The notes below the pieces were generated by a model, which saw nothing but the letters and a program-made list of their open reading frames with translations, was not told the origin of the DNA and did not search any database. Positions 1 to 12,226 of a stretch of DNA of 64,000 nt are shown in pieces; the stretch's first letter is position 1, and each line of letters opens with the position of its first letter. Source of the stretch: Chrysomallon squamiferum (Eukaryota > Animalia > Mollusca); assembly GCA_012295275.1 (NCBI GenBank), contig CM022678.1:930001-994000 (forward strand). The letters are read 5' to 3'. The translations under genes and the position numbers were made by a program.

Positions 1-176
1 ATCTAGTAAACTTAAAAAAAATAAAAATAATTTTAAAAATATTCCATTATCTAATTTCAGAAATTAAAAACAGAATTATTAATAATACATATAATATTAA
101 TAATAATAATTAACTTTTATTCTGACAAGGCAAATTTTTGTTAAATAGTTCCAACATACATGTCTTTTTTTATCAG

Positions 177-248
177 GTGCTAAAAGATTTGCCAGTGGTA
201 TTGGTCATCATGGAAACTTCAACACAACAAAATCAAAACAATGAATAG
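177..248 (+). CDS. Possible terminal coding exon of an upstream gene lying outside the window
   Basis: Polypyrimidine tract + CAG acceptor (tttttttatcag, ends 176), followed by a short open frame VLKDLPVVLVIMETSTQQNQNNE* (a second frame, AKRFASGIGHHGNFNTTKSKQ*, is also open) and then AT-rich 3'UTR-like sequence. No product recognisable. Confidence 0.3.
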   Translation: MLKDLPVVLVIMETSTQQNQNNE

Positions 249-1464
249 AAGCATGAAATTGTGATGTTAAATATGAAATCAGTGACTTGTACATTTTTGA
301 TGGATGGTAAAAATGAATATTCAGTTTTAATTGTTGACATTTGCTGTTACGTTTCATTTATTTGTAGTTTTTTATTTTGTATTATTATATTTTTTTTTTC
401 CTGGGGTTTATTATTATTATTATTATTATTATTACTGATGTAAAAAAAAATATGATTTGATATTTTTAATATTGTAACTTTTTTTTTATTAATATCATTA
501 ATATTATGATTATTATTTTATGATCAAAAATCTTTTTATGTTGGTAGAATTGTGTGACAGCTTTACTAAAACAATTATGTGATAAAGATGTATTTGTTTA
601 GTTGTTGTTGTTGTTTTATTTTACTTTTTATTCTTTTCATGTATATCATCGTACCAATATTATACAGTTATACTGTTATTTTTCACACCACATAACTTTT
701 TGGTAAATTTGTCATCATCATCTGAGAGAAATCTGACAAGATGCAGTTTAGATATTTAAATAGATCACAGACAGCTCCATGTTTCTTACAGATTTTATAG
801 AAAACTACTTCAGATCATTTTATTAGTGTTTTTAGCAAACCGTCTGAAACAAGGATTTACTGAATGAAAGTGTTATGATTAGTTAAATAAAACTTTCAGG
901 AAGCACAACTGTAGATACAGACATACTGTAAAATTAACATGTCAGAATTCATTCAAGTAGTCGTTGTAGTCAGTACTGATATGACAAAGTATATATCATG
1001 TTATTCATTGTATCATTCAAAGTTGAAATGTTGCTTGAACTGAACATATGAAACTTGTCTGCTTTTATAATTTAATGACGTTCATACTATTTGTTTAAGT
1101 GTTATACATATTTTTTTATGTAATAATATGTTTTGTGACAAATAATTTACATTGCATCTTACAGCAGACAGCTGCATCTTTTCTTGACTCAATGCTGGCA
1201 GGCACTTTGTACACATCAGTTTTTCTTATACTAAACACAGAACACTTCTTCCCCCTATTACTTATAATCAGTTTCCATTGTATGTGATGAAATGTAACTA
1301 TTAATGATGATTCAAATTGAGTTTCTAGTGAAGACATCAGAATTTGTTTTAAATATAATCACAAAAAATTATAATGTTGTTTATAACTTTCTAGTGATCA
1401 GTTTCTTTATTTCAAATGTAAAACTCTGGCTTATAACTTTTTATTTTTGTTTTATTTTATTTTG

Positions 1465-1506
<42 letters not shown>

Positions 1507-2719
1507 CCATAAGAGGGTAATGCAAAAAAGAATTCAAAAATACTATTTTTGTTTCCTTAACTCAGAACATTTGTTTTCCTTCTCTTGCACCATTCACACA
1601 CAAATAATTGTTTTCAAGTTTGTTTTCTCTTGTAAAGAAGTGAAAAAGAAATCCCTCTAGTTGATTAATAACATAATCCTGTTATCTTGTTCTAAACAGT
1701 TGAATACATGATACAAATATTCCATCAGATGATGCAGGTGTAGTATTTTATTTATTTATTTTTTCCTGCCTCTTCTAATTTGTTCATGGAAGAAAATTTT
1801 ATTTTGCAAACAATTTTCAGTTTCTTCTATTACACAAGATATACAGAATGCTTGAAGCATGTTACAATTCTGTCTGTGTAAAGTTAAATTTTGCTTTTAG
1901 AAGACACAAAACTGTAGATACTGACACACTGTAAAAATTACTTACGTTTTGAAGTAATACTAACAATCTTAGCACTTAGCTGCCATCAGTTCTTCATTAT
2001 TCATTTACATCTGTAAATGTTCAAATGGTTTGTGAGTTTTTGTTGTTCTTTTTGTCAAATATCCACATTACAGCATCTTGGAACTGAGAGTTGGATGTTT
2101 CTTGATTTCAAAATAACAGATTTTTAATATTAAACACAATATAAAACCTTAATATTTCTAATCATTTTCTCTTATGTGACAATGTTTAACAAGTACAAAT
2201 CCAGTTTCTAGTGAAGATGTGAAACTCTATTTTAAATGTAATTACTGATGAGTACAAGTCTGTTTTATAACTTTCTAATGAAGATGTCTGTTTATTTTAA
2301 ATGTAATTATTAATGAGTGCAAGTCTGGTTGGACTGTTTTTTCTTTTGATTTTGTTTGTTTCTTGTTCTTTTTTAATTTCTTTTTTCATGTTCATCTTTA
2401 TATTTGTTTATTATTATTATTATTTTCGTTTATTTATTATTGATTGATTGATTTATTGTTTTGCTTAAAATTCAGTTAGCTGGTTCCATCCATTACACAA
2501 GTTATACGCAAAATTAGTATAAAAATTATATAGAAGCTGAGTAATTATTAACGCACCAAAAATATGAAATTAAAGGAAATCTATCGATCCATGAATGAAT
2601 CGAATTTCACACACACACACACACATATCATTATTTCAGATTACACGAGTTGTAAACTACGAAGGAATCATTAAAGACAGTTAAAACCGTATTCAATGAA
2701 GCAAGACGATAAAATGATT

Positions 2720-3060
2720 AATAAAATACGCAGAGTAGTAATCTTTCCCCAAACCTCAACCTATTTCCCAATTCTCGAGTTCGCCCTGCTTCATAGCCGA
2801 TAAAACTGTTCGCTACATATTCCGCTGGATTTACGTCTGCTTCCGGTCTGAATGTGTCATGTCCGGTGCATGCTTGAATAACGCTGAATGTTTTTATTTT
2901 CACCAACTTACTTGGGCAAATGTTATATTGTTTAACTTTTTAACTTTAATCCGAAGATGTACCCGTCGAGGGATTACTAAAGACTTTAGTAATGTCCTGA
3001 TTGTGTTTAGATGTTGAAAATCATTATTTGTTTCGTCAGCGTAGTGCTGTTGCTATGATT
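2720..3060 (+). promoter_or_regulatory. CpG-enriched promoter / 5' non-coding exon region of DNAJC27
   Basis: Local rise in GC and CpG content against an AT-rich background. ETS-type CTTCCGG at 2840-2846. An acceptor (tttacag, ends 3157) precedes the ATG at 3163, which implies an upstream non-coding exon. Confidence 0.45.
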
Positions 3061-3162
3061 ACCCATTTCGATTTTGTAAACTTTAATATTTTTCTGGATT
3101 TCCGTTTACAAAATACTCTTTCATTAGCCAGTTAAAATTACTGTTTACCCTTTACAGTAAAC

Positions 3163-3249
3163 ATGTCGAGTTTTACAAAAAGTGGTTTCAAAATAAAACA
3201 GCCTTTGAGGATTAAAATCATCAGCATGGGAAATGCAGAAGTGGGAAAA
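3163..3249 (+). CDS. DNAJC27: DNAJC27 coding exon 1 ([29 protein letters not shown])
   Basis: ATG at 3163, P-loop start, GT donor at 3250. Confidence 0.92.
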
Positions 3250-3393
3250 GTGATTATTTATTTATTTAAGTATTTATTATTTGATGATCTAGTAGATTAT
3301 ATTTTAATCATGTATATGTATGAATAATTTAATATGGAAGAAATTGCAAGTAAATAAACATTAGTTTATCACACAGCAAAGTATTTTAATTAC

Positions 3394-3426
<33 letters not shown>

Positions 3427-6400
3427 TGTTCAGTAAAAACAACAGCTCCAAAAAGTGGTAGAGCAAGATAAATAAGAATGTTTATAATACCCCTCTAGAG
3501 AAAATCAGAAATATGTTAATAAATATTTTTTAAATATTGAATATATATTATGCTATATCAGTAAAATATTATATTAGTTAATACTGTGGACTTTCTGTTC
3601 TCTTTCAGAGTTGTATAATAAAAAGATACTGTGAGAAAAGATTTGTACATAAATATCTTGCCACTATTGGCATAGACTATGGAGTGACCAAGTAAGATTT
3701 TTGTTTTTGTTTGTTAATATAATAATTATATGAGTGAGAATGTATGTATGTAATGTTGGGGGTATGTGTGTATATGTGTAAACATCTATCTATACATATA
3801 TATAAATATAAATACACACACAGTGACACACACAAACATCAGACTTTCAGCTGTTTTCATTTGTATCAGTCAAAAATTTAACACTCATAAAATAAACCAT
3901 TTAACCAATAATTTATTTGTGTGTGTGTGTGTATTTATTTTTTCATTCATTCATTATATAGTTATTGTTTATTCATTTATTTATATATTTATTTATTTGT
4001 ATACTTGTTCTTTTGTATTTTTAATTTTAATATTCATTTTATTTTTTTTTCAGAATCAGTGTAAAAGACAGAGAAGTGAAAGTAAATATTTTTGACATGG
4101 CTGGACACCCAATATTCTATGAGGTAAACTGTGTTTATTTCTTTGTTATTTTGAGTTTGTTGTAAGACTGACCAGTGTGCTGTATGACTGACCAGTGTGC
4201 AGTAACACTGACCAGTGTGCTGTAAGACTGACCAGTGTGCTGTAAGACTGACCAGTGTGTTGTAAGACTGACAAGTGTGCTGTATGACTGACAAGTGTGT
4301 TGTAAGACTGACCAGTGTGCTGTATGACTGACAAGTGTGCAGTAAGACTGACCAGTGTGCTGTAAGACTGACCAGTGTGTTGTAAGACTGACCAGTGTGT
4401 TGTAAGACTGACCAGTGTGTTGTAAGACTGACCAGTGTGCTGTAAGACTGACAAGTGTGTTGGATGACTGACCAGTGTGTTGTAAGACTGACCAGTGTGC
4501 TGTAAGACTGACCAGTGTGTTGTAAGACTGACAAGTGTGCTGTAAGACTGACAAGTGTGCTGTAAGACTGACCAGTGTGCTGTAAGACTGACCAGTGTGC
4601 TGTAAGACTGACCAGTGTGTTGTAAGACTGACAAGTGTGCTGTATGACTGACAAGTGTGTTGTAAGACTGACAAGTGTGCTGTATGACTGACCAGTGTGT
4701 TGTAAGACTGACCAGTGTGCTGTATGACTGACAAGTGTGCTGTAAGACTGACAAGTGTGTTGTAAGACTGACCAGTGTGCTGTAAGACTGACCAGTGTGC
4801 TGTAAGACTGACCAGTGTGTTGTAAGACTGACAAGTGTGCTGTATGACTGACAAGTGTGTTGTAAGACTGACCAGTGTGCTGTATGACTGACAAGTGTGT
4901 TGTAAGACTGACCAGTGTGCTGTAAGACTGACCAGTGTGTTGTAAGACTGACCAGTGTGCTGTAAGACTGACGAGTGTGTTGTATGACTGACCAGTGTGC
5001 TGTAAGACTGACCAGTGTGCTGTAAGACTGACTTGTATGACTGACGAGTGTGTTGTATGACTGACCAGTGTGCTCTAAGACTGACAAGTGTGCTGTATGA
5101 CTGACCAGTGTGCTGTAAGACTGACGAGTGTGCTGTAAGACTGACCAGTGTGCTGTAAGACTGACGAGTGTGTTGTAAGACTGACGAGTGTGTTGTAAGA
5201 CTGACGAGTGTGTTGTAAGACTGACCAGTGTGCTGTAAGACTGACCAGTGTGCTGTAAGACTGACCAGTGTGCTGTAAGACTGACGAGTGTGTTGTATGA
5301 CTGACCAGTGTGCTGTAAGACTGACCAGTGTGCTGTAAGACTGACTTGTATGACTGACGAGTGTGTTGTATGACTGACCAGTGTGCTCTAAGACTGACAA
5401 GTGTGCTGTATGACTGACCAGTGTGCTGTAAGACTGACGAGTGTGCTGTAAGACTGACCAGTGTGCTGTAAGACTGACGAGTGTGCTGTAAGACTGACCA
5501 GTGTGCTGTAAGACTGACGAGTGTGTTGTAAGACTGACGAGTGTGTTGTAAGACTGACGAGTGTGTTGTAAGACTGACAAGTGTGCTGTAAGACTGACCA
5601 GTGTGCTGTAAGACTGACCAGTGTGCTGTAAGATTGACAAGTGTGTTGTAAGACTGATCAGTGTGTTGTAAGATTGACAAGTGTGTTGTAAGATTGACAA
5701 GTGTGTTGTAAGACTGATCAGTGTGTTGTAAGACTGACAAGTGTGTTGTAAGATTGACAAGTGTGTTGTAAGACTGATCAGTGTGTTGTAAGACTGACCA
5801 GTGTGTTGTAAGACTGACAAGTGCGTTGTAAGACTGACCAGTGTGCTGATGAAAACATTACATTCATAAATTGTGTTACAACAATAATTTATGACACAAA
5901 TGATTAAAAATATAAATATGTATAAATGTATAAAGTAAGTATTTACTACAGGTTAGAAATGAGTTCTATCGAGACACACAGGGGGCGCTGCTCGTGTTTG
6001 ACGTGACAGACAGGTCAAGTTTCGAGGCTCTCGATTCCTGGGTGTCGGAGATGTTGGGGGAGATGGGAGACAAGGCAGAGGCTGAAAACGTTGTCATATG
6101 TGTGTGTGCCAACAAGGTTGTTGTTTTTATTATTATCAGATTATTATTATTTTGTTTTGTTTATGGTATTACTAAGTTTTTTCTTTGTTTTTTTATATAT
6201 ATATATTATTTCACTCAATTATATTTTATTATGCTTTTTATATATTTTATTTATCTTTTTTATTTCATCAATGATACTTTGTGCCTTTTGCCATATGTCA
6301 ATCAGTTAACAATAAATAATGTATTTATTTAATTTATTTATTTTTTATTCTTTATTCTTTATTATTATTATTTTGTTATTATTATTTTAATTTTATTTTT

Positions 6401-9400
6401 ATTCTGTGAACTGTTCTAGTTAAAACATCATACTTTCAATAATTAAATCAAATAATGTGTCCATTACATATTGTGTATGTCTCTGTGTGTGTGTATTTTT
6501 GGATCCAGTGATGTGTTTTCAGACAGACAAGAAGAGGAGTGTGTGTGTGTACGTCTGTGTGGTTGTGTCTGTGTCTGTGTGTGTTTGAATTCAGTGATGT
6601 GTGTTTTCAGACAGTCAAGAAGAGAAGTGTGTGTGTGTGTGTACGTCTGTGTGGTTGTGAGTGTGTGTGTGTGTGTTTGTGTGTTTGAATTCAGTGATGT
6701 GTGTTTTCAGACAGACAAGAAGAGGAGTGTGTGTGTGTGTATGTCTGTGTGTGGTTGTGAGTGTGTGTGTGTCTGTGTGTGTTTGAATTCAGTGATGTGT
6801 GTTTTCAGACAGACAAGAAGAGGAGTGTGTGTGTGTGTACGTCTGTGTGGTTGTGAATGTGTGTGTGTGTGTGTGTTTGAATTCAGTGATGTGTGTTTTC
6901 AGACAGACAAGAAGAGGAGTGTGTGTGTGTGGTTGTGGTTGTGTGTGTGTGTGGTTTGTGTGTGAGTGTGTGTGTGTGGTTGTGTGTGTTTGTGTGTGGT
7001 TGTGTGTGTGTGTGTGTGGTTGTGTGTGTGTGAGTGTGTGTGGTTGTGTGTGAATTCAGTGATGTGACATAGTGTGGTGTGTTTTCAGACAGACAAGAAG
7101 AGGAGTGTGGACGAGGTTGAGGGGAGGATGTGGGCAGACACTCATCACTTCCACTACTTTGAGACATCTGCACAGACAGGCGAGGGTGTCAACGATATGT
7201 TTAAAGTGAGAAACATCTTCACTTAATTACTAATAGTGTTACTAGTTTTACATCTTCATTTAATTACTAATAGTGTTACTAGTTTTACATCTTCGCTTAA
7301 TTACTAATAGTGTTACTAGTTTTACATCTTCGCTTAATTACTAATAGTGTTACTAGTTTTACATCTTCACTTAATTACTAATAGTGTTGTTATTTTTACA
7401 TCTTCACTTAATTACTAATAGTGTTACTAGTTTTACATCTACACTTAATTACTAATAGTGTTGTTATTTTTACATCTTCACTTAATTACTAATAGTGTTG
7501 TTATTTTTACATCTTCACTTAATTACTAAGTGTTACTTTTTTACATCTTCACTTAATTACTAATAGTGTTGTTATTTTTACATCTTCACTTAATTACTAA
7601 GTGTTACTATTTTTACATCTTCATTTAATTACTAATAGTGTTACTAGTTTTACATCTTCACTTAATTACTAATAGTGTTACTAGTTTTACATCTTCACTT
7701 AATTACTAATAGTGTTGTTATTTTTACATCTTCACTTAATTACTAATAGTGTTACTAGTTTTACATCTTCACTTAATTACTAATAGTTGTTATTTTTACA
7801 TCTTCACTTAATTACTAATAGTGTTATAGTTTTTTACATCTTCACTTAATTACTAATAGTGTTACTATTTTTACATCTTCACTTAATAACATTACTAATA
7901 GTGTTACTATTTTTACATCTTCACTTAATAACATTACTAATAGTGTTGTTATTTTTACATCTTTACTTAATAACATTAATAATTGTGTTATTGTTTTTAA
8001 TATCTTTACTTATAATTTAATATTAACATTACTTATAGTGTTGTTATTTTTACATCTATACTTAATAACATTATTAATAGTGTTATTGCTTTTAATATCT
8101 TTACTTATAGTTTAATACTAACATTACTTATAGTGTTGTTATTTTTACATCTATACTTAATAACATTACTAATAGTGTTATTGCTTTTTACACTTTTACT
8201 TAGTTTTATAATAAAATTACTAATAGAATTATTATTTTTATATCTTTACTTATAGTTTAACACTAACATTACTATTAGTGTTATTATTTTTATATCTTTA
8301 CTTATAGTTTAATACTAACGTTACTATTAGTGTTGTTATTTTTATATCTTTACTTATAGTTTAATACTAACGTTACTATTAGTGTTGTTATTTTTATATC
8401 TTCACTTATAGTGTTATACTAACATTAGTAATAGTGTTATTGTTTTTAATATCTTTATAGTTTAATACTAACATTAGTAATAGTGTTTTTTTTGTTATAT
8501 ATGCTGTTACTGCTGTTCAGGTACCAACCCAGTCATTCACTGGGTTTCCAGTTATTTTTACATCTTCACTTAATTACTAATAGTGTTGTTATTTTTACAT
8601 CTTCACTTAATTACTAATAGTGTTACTATTTTTACATCTTCACTTAATTACTAATAGTTGTTATTTTTACATCTTCACTTAATTACTAATAGTGTTATAG
8701 TTTTTTACATCTTCACTTAATTACTAATAGTGTTACTATTTTTACATCTTCACTTAATTACTAATAGTGTTGTTATTTTTACATCTTCACTTAATAACAT
8801 TACTAATAGTGTTATAGTTTTTTACATCTTCACTTAATTACTAATAGTGTTACTATTTTTACATCTTCACTTAATAACATTACTAATAGTGTTACTATTT
8901 TTACATCTTCACTTAATAACATTACTAATAGTGTTGTTATTTTTACATCTATACTTAATAACATTACTAATAGTGTTATTGCTTTTTACACTTTTACTTA
9001 GTTTTATAATAAAATTACTAATAGAATTATTATTTTTATATCTTTACTTATAGTTTAACACTAACATTACTATTAGTGTTATTATTTTTATATCTTTACT
9101 TATAATTTAATACTAACTTTACTATTAGTGTTGTTATTTTTATATCTTTACTTATAGTTTAATACTAACGTTACTATTAGTGTTGTTATTTTTATATCTT
9201 TACTTATAGTGTTATACTAACATTAGTAATAGTGTTATTGTTTTTAATATCTTTATAGTTTAATACTAACATTAGTAATAGTGTTTTTTTTGTTATATAT
9301 GCTGTTACTGCTGTTCAGGTACCAACCCAGTCATTCACTGGGTTTCCAGTTATTTCCCCTGCCTTTCCAAAAACAACATCGGTCTTTTTTAAAATTTAAA

Positions 9401-9504
9401 CAATTGATTTTAATTTTTTTAGTCTCCTGATAAAAGTTTTATTATTTTTTATGATACTGTTACAATAAATAAATTATAACTGATAATATTATTTATTACT
9501 GCTG

Positions 9505-9539
<35 letters not shown>

Positions 9540-10929
9540 TTTTTTTATTTATTATTATTATTATTCTTACTATGGTTAAAACGTATATTTATGTGCAAAA
9601 ATGGAAACAATCTAAATAATCTTGGAATGGGTCAGATTAACAAATACTAAATTTATATTGTACTTTCTTCAGCCTTTTTTCTCAGTGAAGACATCAAATA
9701 ATATACACAATCAGAATCGGAAAATTAGAACAAACGTTCCAGTTACCTAATCATATTTTAATAATTACATAAAGTGACAAGGTACACATATGTGTATATT
9801 CATACTGATACTCAGACAACATAAATGTAACTAAGTTATGGTTTAAAATCGCTGTTGTTTCAGACGCTGTTTGACGGGGTTGTGTCTACCATTGACAACG
9901 GTGGCAGACGTCTGCCTGTTCAGACTCAGCTTGGTTACACCAAGGAGCAGATAGAAGCCATCCACAAACTGAAAAACTCAAAATCTGACTTCGAACGACT
10001 CGGACTTGAGGCCGGAGCCACAAAGTGAGTACTCAAATATTTACTCATTTTGGTTTTAATAAATATTATTGATCAAAAATATATAAAGTTAGGAATATCA
10101 GGTCTATAAAGTAGTTCTATATTTATTTTTATTTTTTTTAATCTTTTTTAGTTTGTTCATTTATTTACATTAAACAAAAGGTTAAAAATTAAATTATACT
10201 TAATTAATCTATTTATTTATTTTTATTCTTTTCCTTTATTATTAATATTATTGTTACTACAGTTCATGTAGTTGATTCTTTGTCAGAATTAATTTATAAA
10301 GTTAAAAATAAAAATTTATTAATTTACTTTTATGTTAGTGTTTTTAGGTATATAAGTGAATATATGTTCATATGTAGGTGTTTACGTATAATAATGTACA
10401 CACCTATATATATGTGTGTGTGTGTGTGTGTGTATTTAGTATTTGTTTGTTATGTTTGTTTGTTGTGTTTGTTTGTTATGTTTGTTATGTTTGTTTGTTT
10501 ATTTGTGTGTGTGTATTTGACAGAGATGATGTGAACAAGGCATACAGGAGACTTGCTGTGTTGTTACATCCAGACAAGAGTGTGTTTATGTATGTATGTA
10601 TGTATGTATGTATGTGTTTATTATTTGTTTATGTGTGTGTGTGTGTATTTGACAGAGATGATGTGAACAAGGCGTACAGGAGACTTGCTGTGTTGTTACA
10701 TCCAGACAAGAGTGTGTCTATGTATGTATGTATGTATGTATGTATGTATGTGTTTATTATTTGTTTATTTATTTGTGTGTGTGTATTTGACAGAGATGAT
10801 GTGAACAAGGCGTACAGGAGACTTGCTGTGTTGTTGCATCCAGACAAGAGTGTGGCGCCAGGCAGTGAGGAGGCGTTTAAACTGCTCGTGTCTGCACGTA
10901 CAGCTCTGCTCAAACGATGTCAAACATAA
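3163..10929 (+). CDS. DNAJC27: DnaJ homolog subfamily C member 27 (RBJ/RabJ: Rab-like GTPase domain + C-terminal J domain), 7 coding exons
   Basis: Exons 3163-3249, 3609-3691, 4054-4123, 5952-6116, 7089-7205, 9864-10024 and 10794-10929 have GT-AG boundaries and consistent phases. Translation contains [38 protein letters not shown] (G3 lacking the catalytic Q, typical of RJL/RBJ), CANK, ETSA and the J-domain HPDK...EAFK. Confidence 0.96.
3609..3691 (+). CDS. DNAJC27: DNAJC27 coding exon 2 ([27 protein letters not shown])
   Basis: ttttctgttctctttcag-type acceptor, gtaag donor, 83 nt. Confidence 0.95.
4054..4123 (+). CDS. DNAJC27: DNAJC27 coding exon 3 ([23 protein letters not shown])
   Basis: T-tract + cag acceptor, gtaaac donor, 70 nt. 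Confidence 0.95.
4161..5848. repeat. 20-bp minisatellite (TGTAAGACTGACCAGTGTGC variants), ~80+ copies in DNAJC27 intron 3
   Basis: Directly visible 20-bp periodicity with a few variant positions and an internal ~310-bp higher-order duplication marked by the shortened unit acttgtatga (5031, 5345). Confidence 0.97.
5952..6116 (+). CDS. DNAJC27: DNAJC27 coding exon 4 ([30 protein letters not shown]...CANK)
   Basis: tacag acceptor, GT donor at 6117, 165 nt, Rab G4 NK motif. Confidence 0.95.
6500..7088 (+). repeat. Five tandem partial copies of the exon-5 acceptor plus its first ~7 codons, embedded in (GT)n
   Basis: gtgttttcag|acagacaagaagaggagtgtg with exon-like starts at 6523, 6611, 6711, 6809 and 6903, ahead of the true exon at 7089. 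Confidence 0.9.
7089..7205 (+). CDS. DNAJC27: DNAJC27 coding exon 5 ([39 protein letters not shown])
   Basis: ttttcag acceptor, gtgag donor, ETSA G5 motif. Confidence 0.93.
7214..9356. repeat. 37-bp AT-rich minisatellite (CATCTTCACTTAATTACTAATAGTGTTACTAGTTTTA) with longer diverged variants and an ~0.8-kb higher-order duplication, DNAJC27 intron 5
   Basis: Period of 37 visible at 7214/7251. A unique terminal block (ctgttcaggtaccaacccagtcattcactggg) recurs at ~8510 and ~9310. Confidence 0.93.
9864..10024 (+). CDS. DNAJC27: DNAJC27 coding exon 6 ([53 protein letters not shown])
   Basis: tttcag acceptor, gtgag donor, 161 nt, start of J domain. Confidence 0.93.
10500..10793 (+). repeat. Two extra tandem copies of the terminal-exon acceptor + [20 protein letters not shown]
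   Basis: tttgacag|agatgatgtgaacaagg starts at 10524 and 10656, before the complete copy at 10794. Confidence 0.92.
10794..10929 (+). CDS. DNAJC27: DNAJC27 terminal coding exon ([44 protein letters not shown])
   Basis: HPD motif, TAA at 10927-10929. Confidence 0.92.
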
Positions 10930-12088
10930 ACTCAGCGACTCACTTTAAATCTCATCTCATTGACAGATGTCTGGTTCCGCCCACATACTGCAAAGTGATT
11001 GGCTGTTTCTGTCACCACGTGTGATTGACTTGACATTCAGTGCAGTAATAATTATTAATATTTATTTCATAAATTACTGATCGTCTGCATGTGATAGAAA
11101 ACAGACTCCTCCCACAATTTACAATATACTATGTGTCTGTCTGTCTGTCTGTGTACATGTGTTACTCAAAATGTAAGCAATGTCTTAACCATGTGATTGG
11201 CCAAATAAAAATAATTATTAATATTTGGAACATAAATGATTGACACGTTGCTATTGGAAACTGCTCCACTTACATTTTACAAACTGATCAGTTCCTTTTA
11301 CTTTCCATGTCCTTCACAATCCGTGCAGTAACTATTATTACTGTGCATTACACAAACACAGTGACCTCTTGACCATCTGACTGGACAAATTCTAGTTGTT
11401 ACAGTCTATTACACAATCTTAATTATTTTATTTTTTTTCTTTGACCCTATGGCTGGTCATTCTGTGTACTTGTTACATTGTATTATACAAGTTGCAGTGG
11501 TCAGAATGTTCTTGTGATAACAGTTGTATATTTACAGCTTTGTTTTATAATTTGAGTCTTGTCTTGTCTTTCTTTTTCTTGTTTGTTTTTACTCTTATTT
11601 TATCTCTATTACTGCACATTGTACAAATCATTCACTAAATTTGATTCATTTTTTATTGGTTCCGTCCGTTAAAAACTACAGTAATAAATTACATTTTGTA
11701 TTGAAACACAGATCTGTCAGGGTGTGGTCTGGTCTCACAAGGGTGTGGTGCTTGCTGGTCCCATCCTGAGATACAGACACTGTAATAGAGTCCAGATGAA
11801 AACAGATGATAACGTTTATCAAAACGTTAGTTTACAAAATTAATGTACAGTTTGAAATTTTTTAGGTGACTTCATAGTCAGAATATTTGTGTTTAAATAG
11901 CAAAATAGTAACAAATATTCAGAAATTGTTTTGTTTAGATGGTGTTGCATTTATGTATTCTAATATATCTGTTTTTAATTTTAATTTTTAATTTTTTTTT
12001 AATAAATGCAGATATGACTGTTCATAAGTTTAAAAAATATCAAAGTACATATGTAAAATCTTTTCTTACTGTGTTTGTTATTTATGTA

Positions 12089-12124
<36 letters not shown>

Positions 12125-12195
12125 TTAGTTTATAATGTACATTACATTTAAACAGCATATATTATCATTAATAAGTAAAATTAAATTTTTTGGCA

Positions 12196-12226
<31 letters not shown>

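Noticed and set aside
900-2330. Old ~1-kb duplication traces (actgtagatac..actgtaaaa; tctagtgaaga..ttttaaat)
   Set aside because: Short diverged intergenic/3'UTR similarity with no evident function
2718-2906. 62-aa minus-strand ORF in the promoter region
   Set aside because: Non-ATG start, no recognisable domain, lies in a CpG-rich promoter; a divergent transcript is possible but unsupported
4034-5820. Long minus-strand ORFs (286, 561, 313, 221 aa)
   Set aside because: Products of a 20-bp minisatellite, open in all three frames, inside a DNAJC27 intron; no start context or domain
6471-7173. Cys/Val-rich and His/Thr-rich ORFs
   Set aside because: (GT)n microsatellite with duplicated acceptor fragments
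8847-9053. Leucine-rich hydrophobic ORF
   Set aside because: Translation of the intronic minisatellite
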